Part shown: positions 1-9,313 of the stretch, one piece after another
Layout of the letters: each line of letters begins with the position of its first letter
Numbering within the stretch: position 1 is the stretch's first letter
Source of the DNA: Nitrosopumilaceae archaeon
GTDB taxonomy: Archaea > Thermoproteota > Nitrososphaeria > Nitrososphaerales > Nitrosopumilaceae
DNA: 64,000 bases
Direction: 5' to 3'
NCBI GenBank assembly: GCA_965200155.1
Contig: CBDATR010000043.1
Location: 65,858 to 129,857, forward strand
Made by a program: the position numbers and the translations under genes
Notes under the pieces: model-generated
Told to the model about the DNA's origin: nothing
The model's database searches: none
What the model saw: the letters and a program-made list of their open reading frames with translations, nothing else

Positions 1-349
1 AGGATGAGGTTTCCACTATTTTATTGACATCCATTCCCAAATCACTGTCAAGGTATGACATGCTGAGGCTGGCCACTCTAGTATTGGTGCCCTCGGGCAT
101 TACAATCATGATGTCAATATCACTGTACTTGTTGTAATCTCCACGGGCCATGGACCCAAATAATATGATCGATAATGGTTTCAAGTCACGTACTATTCTC
201 TCACAGACCAGTTGTATCGTGTCTGCCTGCTCTGGCAATAACATTGCCACCAATGAGGGCGGCAACGTGATAGAATGATGTTTAGTAGTCGCGGTTGTTA
301 TACTTGGAGGCAGTATGTCGATCAATTCCGCTGGCGTAGTGGTTGCCAT
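1..349 (-). CDS. MNT-family minimal nucleotidyltransferase (3' end runs off window)
   Basis: Manual translation from ATG at 349: ...IILFGSMARGDYNKYSDIDIMIV..., the GS-x-ARGD / SDID polymerase-beta motif. Not in the ORF track. Confidence 0.85.
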   Translation of the reverse strand, partial: MATTTPAELIDILPPSITTATTKHHSITLPPSLVAMLLPEQADTIQLVCERIVRDLKPLSIILFGSMARGDYNKYSDIDIMIVMPEGTNTRVASLSMSYLDSDLGMDVNKIVETSS

Positions 350-609
350 ACTACTATGATACGTGTGGTGGTATATTAGTCACTTTGTAAGGAGAATATG
401 CAGAATCAGGCAAATCATCAATTTCCAAAACAAAACATTTCTAAGTGGAATTATTCCAGCTAATATGATGCCCAAATTTAAGACACCCACTGAAGAGATA
501 AAGCATCTTCAAGTGAGTCTTGAACGCGCACATAAGGGGATAAAAAAGAGTGATGAAAAGCTAAAGCAGCGAGAAATGGATCTGGAAGAGATGAATAGGA
601 AGAACAAGG

Positions 610-701
610 GTATGAGTTCACGTCTTCCGGAATCTTGTGCACAAATCACATTAACTGTCGCGATCAGTTGTGCGTAAATTTAGACACAGGTGAACTCATA
701 C
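610..701. mobile_element. 92-bp MITE with IS66-type ends (gtatgagttcac...gtgaactcatac)
   Basis: 12-bp TIR identical to the IS66 termini; 8-bp TSD gaacaagg. Confidence 0.95.
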
Positions 702-1498
702 GAACAAGGAGCTGGAAAAGTCACCTGCAAACTTAACCACACATGAAAGATGATGCATATCTTCACAAGATCAAAGAGAAAGCTGATCCGGACGATGTAC
801 GCCATTACGTAAATTTGGAAAACACAGTAAAGGATCACAAAAAGATGCATGACACTGCATTGTTGACAATCGAGGCATTCTGGTACATTTGCAGTCGTGT
901 GTCAAAAAACATAGGCAATCACGAAAAGACTCTACTATTCAAGTATATGGATGCGAATTCAGCCGAACCGGGATCCAGACGCAAGCTGCTCTTTCATCAT
1001 GCTATTTGCCATTAGAGCCAGATCAAAAATGACCGAAGCTGAAATAGCAGTGGAATTCGGGGTGAACCAGTCCACGGTGAGTCGCTATGTCAGCGTCTTA
1101 TCAACCAGGAGGCACTGGCGTCACCGGTGAAGATAACTGAGGCCATAGGTGCGGCAAAAACCAACGAGGATATCACGAACATGCTGGCAGAGGAGGATGG
1201 CGTCATACCTTTGATACTGGATGGTACTGTAGTACGGACGGTGCGTCCCATAGACCCCCGGAAACAAAAAAGTCAATACTCCGGAAAAAAGAAATCACAT
1301 ATACTGATACTGACCGATATTCACGGGGCCACAATATGGACCAGCGACGCCTTTGATGGTAGTACGCACGATTTTAGTATTCTAAAGCAGTCCATCTAAA
1401 GGGATTAGGATTACTATTTGAGGCCATGATCAAAAAGAACTCCGGATTAAAGGTAAAACTGTACACGGATCTGGGATTTGTGGGTATAGAAAAGATAT

Positions 1499-1590
1499 GT
1501 ATGAGTTCACCTGTGTCTAAATTTACGCACAACTGATCGCGACAGTTAATGTGATTTGTGCACAAGATTCCGGAAGATGTGAACTCATAC
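1499..1590. mobile_element. 92-bp MITE
   Basis: Consensus copy; TSD aaagatat. Confidence 0.95.
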
Positions 1591-2026
1591 AAAGATATTA
1601 CCGGGAATAATATCCATCCAGCCGCTCAAGAGATCAAAACATGAGAAACTAACATGAGAAACACAACGCGCGTATAAACAAGACCAGAATAAAGGTAGAT
1701 CAAAGTATAAAGATGTCAACTAGAATGTCCGACATATATCTTGGAACCATATCTATGAAGAGTTTCAGATGGCTTGTGCCATAGTAAACACAATGGTCAT
1801 ATATTAGTCGGGATCAGGATCCCTTCGGACTGCTACCAGCACCGGAATAAGATCCGTCATGTTCTGATGTCGTCGAGTGCATGTTTCCCTATTCATCAAC
1901 TAGTCGTTAACAGTTTCATGCGGGGCACATTACTCCATATGTTTTTCCGGCTTTTAGACTTAAAACGACTGTTTTAAAATGAAAATTATGTAGATGAATT
2001 TATTTCTAGATATTAGCAGTAGATTC

Positions 2027-2118
2027 GTATGAGTTCACGTCTTCTGGAATCTTATGTACAAATCACATTAACTGTCGCGATCAGTTATGCGTAAATTTAG
2101 ACACAGGTGAACTCATAC
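2027..2118. mobile_element. 92-bp MITE
   Basis: Consensus copy; TSD gtagattc. Confidence 0.95.
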
Positions 2119-2395
2119 GTAGATTCTGTACATTTTATGTTTTAGAGAACTGATTATTTGTCTGATTCTGCATATTCTCTAATGGACTATCGGATAATTA
2201 ATGAACGATTCCATCAATAGACCTTATGCGCATGATTGACAGGAATAGCCCATGTTGCTTCAAACTGGGGTGTATTTTATGGCACACAATCAGTCAAGCA
2301 TGAACAATGTGAATGGTACCTGCCAGCACTAACGTATGTCGTGTAGTGGGGTAACCGGATCTTGATGACGTATATCATGAGTGAGCTAAACGGTT

Positions 2396-2494
2396 GTATG
2401 AGTTCACCTGTGTCTAAATTTACGCACAACTGATAGAACCGGTTACCAGTTAATGTGATTTGTGCACAAGATTCCGGAAGACGTGAACTCATAC
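2396..2494. mobile_element. MITE variant (99 bp) carried inside the IS5-like element
   Basis: Central tcgcg replaced by gtaaccggttct; no TSD; same variant at the same site in copy 3 (57382). Confidence 0.9.
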
Positions 2495-2549
2495 CATTAA
2501 TTTAGTGGATTTTCTGATGAGTAATATTCGAATTATAATAACACGGAAA

Positions 2550-3653
2550 TTATGGACAGATATTTTTCAAGAATTTCTTGTACCTGGTATGCTTGTGCAT
2601 AATGTGTAAATTATGCAACCCAGATACTACGAGTAGATCTTCCCGGAATTCCTCACGACTACCATCATATACCTGACTTAATCTACGATATACCTTTAGC
2701 ATTCGAATTACATTCTCGATTAATATGCGCCTTTTTGATACATATTGGTTGTATTTCCTTTCAGTTTTAGTGAGTGATTCCCTACCCCTGTATGGAATTA
2801 TGACCTTTGCGCCGGGTAGGAAGTCTTTCATACCCTGGTATCCTGCATCTGCTATTACTGTTATCTTCTCAGATGGCAGCGTGGTTGATTCTTTTAGGGA
2901 CTTGCCCCATTTGCCACCGAGGGGAATATCATTCTTGAATATACCATAATCGTGTCTTTTTCCCTCATATACTCCACTGACGTGAATTATCAGTCTTTTC
3001 TTGTTTGATGTTATCTGTACGTTATACGTATGGGTTTTTTGTTTACCAGAGTACATTGCCTCCTGATTTTTTTCAGGACGCTGTACGCGTACATGTGTCC
3101 CGTCAGTCTTTATCTCCCCTCCGGCTCGACCGGGAACAATTTCCTTAAAGTCGGGTGTTGACTTGATTTGTGATATTGCTTTTGCAACGGTATCGGCCGT
3201 TGGGAGTATCTTGATCAGTCCCTGCTTTGTAAACTGGATGTAACGGCATATGTTTGACTGGTTTATCTTGAGTATTGCAGCAAGAAGCTCCTGCTTTGTG
3301 TTGCAGCGCAGGCGTATCAGTGTAACTAAGAGTACATGCCTAATGGGAAATTTGTTCACATGGCCGCGATCATTTGTAAGTTCTAAGAATCGCCGTGCAT
3401 CATCGCCTTCCAGGGACTCTACGTATTCTGTGAATCTGGTTAGTATCCATTTGAACTCTTCCGGAGTGCATCCGGTCAGGGAATGAAGCTGATCCTTGCG
3501 TTCTATGATGTCATCGAGATTTGAAACGAGGGCATTCTTTGTTTGAGCTTCAAGTTTGGCGTGCAGGTTTGTTACTTCGGCCTCGGACCTGGTGCGTAGC
3601 CGGTAGTACTCTGTGACTAACTGCTCCTTGGTGAGTTCTTCTGCTTTTAGCAT
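2550..3653 (-). CDS. DDE_Tnp_4-type transposase
   Basis: HTH (LKINQSNICRY) plus KTDGT, YSGKQKTHT, GKRHD, IADAGYQG and RILIENVI motifs. Confidence 0.92.
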   Translation of the reverse strand: MLKAEELTKEQLVTEYYRLRTRSEAEVTNLHAKLEAQTKNALVSNLDDIIERKDQLHSLTGCTPEEFKWILTRFTEYVESLEGDDARRFLELTNDRGHVNKFPIRHVLLVTLIRLRCNTKQELLAAILKINQSNICRYIQFTKQGLIKILPTADTVAKAISQIKSTPDFKEIVPGRAGGEIKTDGTHVRVQRPEKNQEAMYSGKQKTHTYNVQITSNKKRLIIHVSGVYEGKRHDYGIFKNDIPLGGKWGKSLKESTTLPSEKITVIADAGYQGMKDFLPGAKVIIPYRGRESLTKTERKYNQYVSKRRILIENVIRMLKVYRRLSQVYDGSREEFREDLLVVSGLHNLHIMHKHTRYKKFLKNICP

Positions 3654-4108
3654 ACCTGGTATTACAAAATTAGGTCTTAACTTTTCTGTTTCATACGAGT
3701 CTGTGTGGGAAAACCCATGATATTAGGTCAATTGCTCGTATCTAACAACTTGGTTTAGACGTGCAGGGTGGGAGAAGTGATTCTGCGCATACGGTCTAAT
3801 AATCGCGTGAATTCATACCGACGATTACTAAACTCCAAACATATTTAGATGATTCTATCCACTGCTGGTGTATTGGAGAGTCTAATGCATACAATTGAGA
3901 TCATACGTTCCAAGATACATGAGCATGAATCAGTTTTATCACAGAATGAAAGCATGACTAGATATGTGTTAGTAGATCCATTGCTTCAAGGATTAGGTTG
4001 GGACTTGTCTGATCCAAATCAGGTAGAAACAGAAGTACATATCAATAAGAACAGTTATTTGGATTATATGTTGGGAAGAAAAATAATAATCGAAGCGAAA
4101 AAATTAGG

Positions 4109-5848
4109 GTATGAGTTCACGTGTTTTGATCACATAATAAGATAGAATACATCCCAGTTTTTTTAATTATAACTGCATTCTGGCAGCAACCTCGTTCATT
4201 ACAGAAAGGCCCTGAGCCCTCCATGTCTGAACACATGATACAAATGTAGACATGCGGCGCATTGCCCTTTCGCCACCCTTTATCTGACCACTAATCTTGC
4301 GGAATACCACTGCGTATCGCAAAGCCTGCTCCGCTGGATTGTTGGTGGGCTCTACACAGTCATATTCTAAGAATACGAACATACATGGTATGGCCTTATT
4401 CAATCCTTTTACCTTCTTTTGTAGTTCAGTATCATTAACATCACAGTACTGATGCAGAATGGATTCTGCTCCTGTCTCAAATGAGTGTCGTAATTGCGCG
4501 GACGGCCCGCAGTGATTCAGGGATTCCCGTGCGCTCCGGAACAATCCTTTCAGGTCGTTGTCAAGTTTGATCCGGGCGTACTGAGCACCGGGATCAATAT
4601 AGAATCCTGCATGTAATGCCTGGGTATCGCGCAGTAAATGCGCCCAACACAACTGGTGCCTCCCACCGTCATCAAACCGGCGATACACAACGTACCTGTC
4701 CGTTACTATCGCACCATGGTAACCGTTAAGGTATTTGTTCACTACATTTGAACTCCTACTTTTGTCATATATGGACATCATCCACTCTTCGGCCCGCATC
4801 CCCCATACCCAACCACGCCTACCCGCCAGTGATATACCAGTTTCGTCCACATGTATGCTGGGTGATTTTATTATATTCTCATGAATTGTTTCCATAAATG
4901 ATTCACATGCATCGGCGGCCCTGGCAATTATGTTGTTTACCGCACCCACAGATATATTCAGGCCGAAGAGATCCTTCGAAATTACAGGTATGCGTTTTAT
5001 TGGAATCTTTTCCGCACGCAATGCAGTGATAGCACCACATAATTGAACCCCAAAATCACCACTCTTTGGGACGCCAGCTGCTGGGGCCAGTTGTTTTTTG
5101 CCGCACCCACACGCAGCCATTTCTATCACATGAAGGGTCTCCTCTATTTTGGCTGGTATTAATTCCGTTATGTGTCGTTGTTTCCAACCAATTTTTGTCA
5201 TCATATTGCCGCACTCACATAGTGGAGTATGCTCAAAGGTGTGATGCACTATTCTGCCGGGGTTGTGGGAACGGGAAACCCCCTTGTGTCCCTTTTGAGC
5301 GCCAGCCTTTTTGGCTGATTTAGTACTGGCTTCTTTCTGTTTCTTATTATCTCCCTGTTTTCGCTTCTGTTCCTCCTGTTTTCGCTTCTTGTACTGGAGG
5401 GATTGAAGGGATGGTGGCGAGTGGGCATTCTCATAATATTTAAGTCGCGTTGTGAGTACCGCAATTTTCCTGTCTTTTTCTACTAATTCCTCTTTCAATT
5501 CATTTACATAATTTATAATAATTTGGAAATCTTGTGCGAGATTTCGTATTTCTTTTGTGGTGCGGGACACATATGCTTCCAATACTCTCACACGTTCCTT
5601 GTAATGTGCAAGATCTTTCTCGGTAGCCGCAAGACGTAGGACAAGGCGGCCCATGGCCCCTGCCTTGTAATGTGCAAGTTCTTTCTTGGTAGACGCAAGG
5701 GTATCCTGAAGAAGCTTATTTTTCAGTTCTAATTCCTTATAGGACAGGCGTCTTCTCATTAGATTCTTATTGCAAATTTGGTATTTAAGCAAAATATTGT
5801 CATACCAATCTATATCTTAGTGAATGATCAAAACACGTGAACTCATAC
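4109..5848 (-). mobile_element. IS66-family element (single-ORF, ISBst12-like), apparently intact
   Basis: 24-bp perfect TIR gtatgagttcacgtgttttgatca; 8-bp TSD aaattagg. Confidence 0.95.
4167..5792 (-). CDS. IS66 transposase (TnpC-like)
   Basis: Coiled coil, HSPPS, GAQKGHKG, Zn finger, HVDETG, VTDRY, QLCWAHLLR, PTNNPAEQALR. Confidence 0.95.
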   Translation of the reverse strand: MLKYQICNKNLMRRRLSYKELELKNKLLQDTLASTKKELAHYKAGAMGRLVLRLAATEKDLAHYKERVRVLEAYVSRTTKEIRNLAQDFQIIINYVNELKEELVEKDRKIAVLTTRLKYYENAHSPPSLQSLQYKKRKQEEQKRKQGDNKKQKEASTKSAKKAGAQKGHKGVSRSHNPGRIVHHTFEHTPLCECGNMMTKIGWKQRHITELIPAKIEETLHVIEMAACGCGKKQLAPAAGVPKSGDFGVQLCGAITALRAEKIPIKRIPVISKDLFGLNISVGAVNNIIARAADACESFMETIHENIIKSPSIHVDETGISLAGRRGWVWGMRAEEWMMSIYDKSRSSNVVNKYLNGYHGAIVTDRYVVYRRFDDGGRHQLCWAHLLRDTQALHAGFYIDPGAQYARIKLDNDLKGLFRSARESLNHCGPSAQLRHSFETGAESILHQYCDVNDTELQKKVKGLNKAIPCMFVFLEYDCVEPTNNPAEQALRYAVVFRKISGQIKGGERAMRRMSTFVSCVQTWRAQGLSVMNEVAARMQL

Positions 5849-6024
5849 AAATTAGGTACTCGTTTGGATGATTCTCGTGAGCAATTACTTGGTTACATGA
5901 AAGATGAAAAAGAACTCCAATATGGTATACTCACCAATGGTAATTACTGGCGAATATTCACACCCAATTCGACCTCTATAAGTTGTGAATGTGAAATTAA
6001 AAGTAGTGATGTTGGAAATACATT

Positions 6025-7570
6025 AGACCGTATGCGCAGAATCACTTCTCCCACCCTGCACGTCTAAACCAAGTTGTTAGATACGAACAATTGACCTAGT
6101 ATCATGGGTTTTCCCACAGACTCGTGTGAAACAGAAAAGTTAAGACCTAATTTTGTAATACCAGGTATGCTAAAAGCAGAAGAACTCACCAGGGTGCAGT
6201 TAGTCACAGAGTACTACCGGCTACGCACCAGGTCCGAGGCCGAAGTAACAAACCTGCGTGGCAAAGTTGACAGTTTACGTGGGAAAAATGACAGCCTGCA
6301 CGCCAAACTTGAAGCTCAAACAAAGAATGCCCTCGTTTCAAATCTCGATGGCATCATAGAACGCAAGGATCAGCTTCATTCCCTGACCGGGTGCACCCCG
6401 GAAGAGTTCAAATGGATATTAATCAGATTCACAGAATACGTAGAGTCCCTGGAAGGCGATGATGCACGGCGATTCTTAGAACTTACAAATGATCGCGGGC
6501 ACGTGAACAAATTTCCGGTCAGGCATGTACTCTTAGTTACACTGATACGCCTGCGCTGCAATACAAAGCAGGAGCTGCTGGCAGCAATACTCAAGATAAA
6601 CCAGTCAAACATATGCCGTTACATCCAGTTTACAAAGCAGGGACTGATCAAGATACTCCCAACGGCCGATACCGTTGCAAAAGCAATATCGCAAATCAAG
6701 TCAGCATCGGACTTTAAGGAAATTGTTCCCGGTCGAGCCGGAGGGGAAATAAAGACTGACGGGACACATGTACGCGTACAACGTCCTGAAAAAAATCAGG
6801 AGGCAATGTACTCTGGTAAACAAAAAACCCACACGTATAACGTACAGATAACATCAAACAAGAAAAGACTGATAATTCACGTAAGTGGAGTATATGAGGG
6901 AAAAAGACACGATTATGGCATATTCAAGAATGATATTCCCCTTGGAGGCAAATGGGGCAAGTCCCTAAAAGAATCAACCACGCCGCCATCCGATAAGATA
7001 ACAGTAATAGCAGATGCAGGATACCAGGGTATGAAAGACTTCCTACCCGGCGCAAAGGTCATGATTCCATACAGGGGTAGGGAATCACTCACTAAAACTG
7101 AAAGGAAATACAACCAATATGTATCAAAAAGGCGCATATTAATCGAGAATGTAATTCGAATGCTAAAGGTATATCGTAGATTAAGTCAGGTATATGATGG
7201 TAGTCGTGAGGAATTCCGGGAAGATCTACTCGTAGTATCCGGGTTGCATAATTTACACATTATGCACAAGCATACCAGGTACAAGAAATTCTTGAAAAAT
7301 ATCTGTCCATAATTTCCGTGATATTATAATTCGAATATTACTCATCAGAAAATCCACTAAATTAATGGGTTTTGTGGTAACCATTTAGCTCACTCATGAT
7401 ATACGTCATCAAGATCCGGTCACCCCACTACACGACATTTGTAATCACGGCATACGTTAGTGCTGGCAGGTGCCATTCACATTGTTCATGCTTGACTGAT
7501 TGTGTGCCATAAAATACACCCCAGTTTGAAGCAACATGGGCTATTCCTGTCAATCATGCGCATAAGGTCT
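6025..7570 (+). mobile_element. IS5-family element, copy 2 (no MITE)
   Basis: Same TIRs as copy 1; TSD ATT. Confidence 0.92.
6167..7312 (+). CDS. DDE_Tnp_4-type transposase
   Basis: Near-identical to 2550..3653, with two extra coiled-coil heptads. Start chosen to match copy 1; the ORF track starts at 6104. Confidence 0.92.
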   Translation: MLKAEELTRVQLVTEYYRLRTRSEAEVTNLRGKVDSLRGKNDSLHAKLEAQTKNALVSNLDGIIERKDQLHSLTGCTPEEFKWILIRFTEYVESLEGDDARRFLELTNDRGHVNKFPVRHVLLVTLIRLRCNTKQELLAAILKINQSNICRYIQFTKQGLIKILPTADTVAKAISQIKSASDFKEIVPGRAGGEIKTDGTHVRVQRPEKNQEAMYSGKQKTHTYNVQITSNKKRLIIHVSGVYEGKRHDYGIFKNDIPLGGKWGKSLKESTTPPSDKITVIADAGYQGMKDFLPGAKVMIPYRGRESLTKTERKYNQYVSKRRILIENVIRMLKVYRRLSQVYDGSREEFREDLLVVSGLHNLHIMHKHTRYKKFLKNICP

Positions 7571-8145
7571 ATTGTCTGTGTTATCAAAATTCTACAAACA
7601 ATTAATTCAATTACCGTCAAATAACATGCATTCATCACAAGTTACGGATTCGAATCAATCATCAGAAGAGCAAGTGGATAAACAAAAAATTGTATGCTTG
7701 GACAAGGTTGTTGTAAAGAAACATACTAAGCCACTTAAGATAATATTCCCAGACAACAATAGTGTACAGTTGAATACTTGGATTGGTGTACTGGAATATA
7801 TTGTAGAGTATTTAATAAAAAATAATAAACTAAAGAAAGAAGATCTTCCAATTCCACCAGAAGCACAGACGTATATCATAAATACCAAACCGAAACATAA
7901 AGCGAGAAATTTTATACGTTATAAGAAAATATGTGGTATGTATATAGATGTAAATATTAGTGGTCAGTGTTGTGTACAAAATGCAATTAAATTAATTAAA
8001 GCTACAAATACACGTCTCCCTGATTTTAAATTAGTATTAGCTACTAGTTAATGATACGATATGTCTAATTTTACACACGACGTATCACAATAATTAGTGT
8101 GATTTAAGCACGTAAATATAAGATGTAAACTCGTACGATTATCCA

Positions 8146-9073
8146 CTATTCCACATAATGATGATGAACCAAATCATCATAGAATCTGACCGATTTTATA
8201 TTAACAAACTCCAGCATTCCATACCTTGATAGCTCCCTCCCAAATCCACTATGCTTTATCCCACCAAAGGGAATTCTGGGATCTGATACGACCACATTAT
8301 TCACGCTAACTATTCCTGATTCAATGCGCCTCGATATCTTTTCTGCCTTCTGTAAGTTCTTTGTCCATATACTGGCACCCAGACCAAACTCAATATCATT
8401 GGCAAGTCTTATGGCCTCGTTTTCATCCTCGACTATAGTTATGGGTGCAACAGGTCCAAAGGTCTCCTCACTGGTAATCCTCATATTTGATTCTATATTG
8501 GTAAGTATGGTCGGCTTGTAAAAGAACCCGTCCCTGTCCATTTGCGAGCCTCCCAAAAGTATCTCTGCTCCCTTCTCCTTTGCATCCTCCACAATCCCAG
8601 AAATGGTATCAAGGCTATCTTTGCTTGAGAGGGGGCCAATATCTGTCTCCAATGATGCAGGATCCCCAACTCTCAACTGTGACGTCTTTTTAACAAACAT
8701 CTCTATGAAATCCTTGGCAACACTCTTACTCACAAAGAACCGCTTTGATGCCACACAGCTCTGCCCGCAATTGATAAATCTGCCCTTTACGGCTCCTTCG
8801 GCTGCCTTCTCTACTATTGCATCATCTAATACTATGAAGGGATCACTACCTCCCAGCTCCAGGACACATTTTTTCAGGTTCCTGGCTGCTCTTTGGCCCA
8901 CCTTTGCCCCTGCATTTGTACTTCCAGTAAAAGTGACAGCATTCACGTCCGAGTCAATCAGGTGATTCGCCGAGTCCACACTACCGACGACTGTCTGAAA
9001 TATTCCCTCGGGTATACCTGATTCAGTAAACGCCTTTTCTATCTCCAATCCAGATTGCAATGTAACCCTGGAC
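8146..9073 (-). pseudogene. NAD(P)-dependent aldehyde dehydrogenase (succinate-semialdehyde dehydrogenase-like), 5'-truncated
   Basis: FTGST, LELGGSDP, GQSCVA, EETFGP and PFGGIKHSGFGRE motifs. The N-terminal part is missing at the MITE junction. Confidence 0.9.
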
Positions 9074-9165
9074 GTATGAGTTCACCTGTGTCTAAATTTA
9101 CGCATAACTGATCGCGACAGTTAATGTGATTTGTGCATAAGATTCCGGAAGACGTGAACTCATAC
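9074..9165. mobile_element. 92-bp MITE at a deletion/rearrangement junction
   Basis: Consensus copy with no TSD; abuts an IS66 left-end remnant. Confidence 0.92.
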
Positions 9166-9251
9166 CCGGCGTCTGCTCATTAGGTTCTTATTGTAAATTT
9201 AGTATTTAAGCAAAATATTGTCATACCACGTCAAAACACATGAACTCATAC
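9166..9251 (-). mobile_element. IS66 left-end remnant
   Basis: Matches 5745-5848 with deletions; ends in catgaactcatac. Confidence 0.8.
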
Positions 9252-9277
9252 AATGATTTCTCACTACTACAGGCGCC

Positions 9278-9313
9278 AACCCATTAACGGAACAATGATG
9301 CAATCATTATAGT
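9278..9313 (+). promoter_or_regulatory. Element-type promoter (CCCATTAAC box ~25-30 nt before start)
   Basis: cccattaacgga(a/g)caatgatg(c/t)aat(c/t)attatag(t/c)ATG is shared with 12251-12287; the core recurs at 55926(-), 59421 and 63985. Confidence 0.7.

Larger units (their letters stand above)
391..2180 (+). mobile_element. Degenerate IS5-family (ISL2/Harbinger-like, DDE_Tnp_4) element with three MITE insertions
   Basis: Inverted ends gagaatatgcagaatcag (~392) and ctgattctgcatattctc (~2162-2179). Transposase fragments LILDGT..RP..QYSGKKKSH, GSTHDF, YTDLGF are frameshifted. Confidence 0.75.
2219..3797 (-). mobile_element. IS5-family (ISL2/Harbinger-like) insertion sequence, copy 1
   Basis: 14-bp TIR agacc(g/t)tatgcgca, 3-bp TSD AAT; near-identical to 6025..7570 and 56081..57657. 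Confidence 0.92.
3849..8051 (+). pseudogene. HsdR_N-like (PD-(D/E)xK) restriction nuclease gene split by IS66 and IS5 insertions
   Basis: Removing both elements and one TSD each joins 3849-4108, 5857-6024 and 7574-8051 into one ~301-aa frame: NESMTRYVLVDPLLQGLGWD..LDYML..IIIEAKKLG|TRL..EQLLGY..YGILTNGNYWRIF. Confidence 0.85.

Noticed and set aside
1374-1592. Small ORFs containing MSSRLPESCAQITLT / YEFTSSGIL / MSSPVSKF (also 2277, 36088, 36323, 37189, 48032, 57384)
   Set aside because: These are read-through translations of the MITE.
610-2494. Clustered 92-bp repeats as a CRISPR or ncRNA array
   Set aside because: They are dispersed, in both orientations, with TIRs and 8-bp TSDs, so they are MITEs.
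2725-3486. Conserved antisense ORFs in the IS5-like copies, and others antisense to large genes (e.g. 30043, 53701, 58590)
   Set aside because: They are shadow ORFs of the real genes; conservation simply reflects copy identity.
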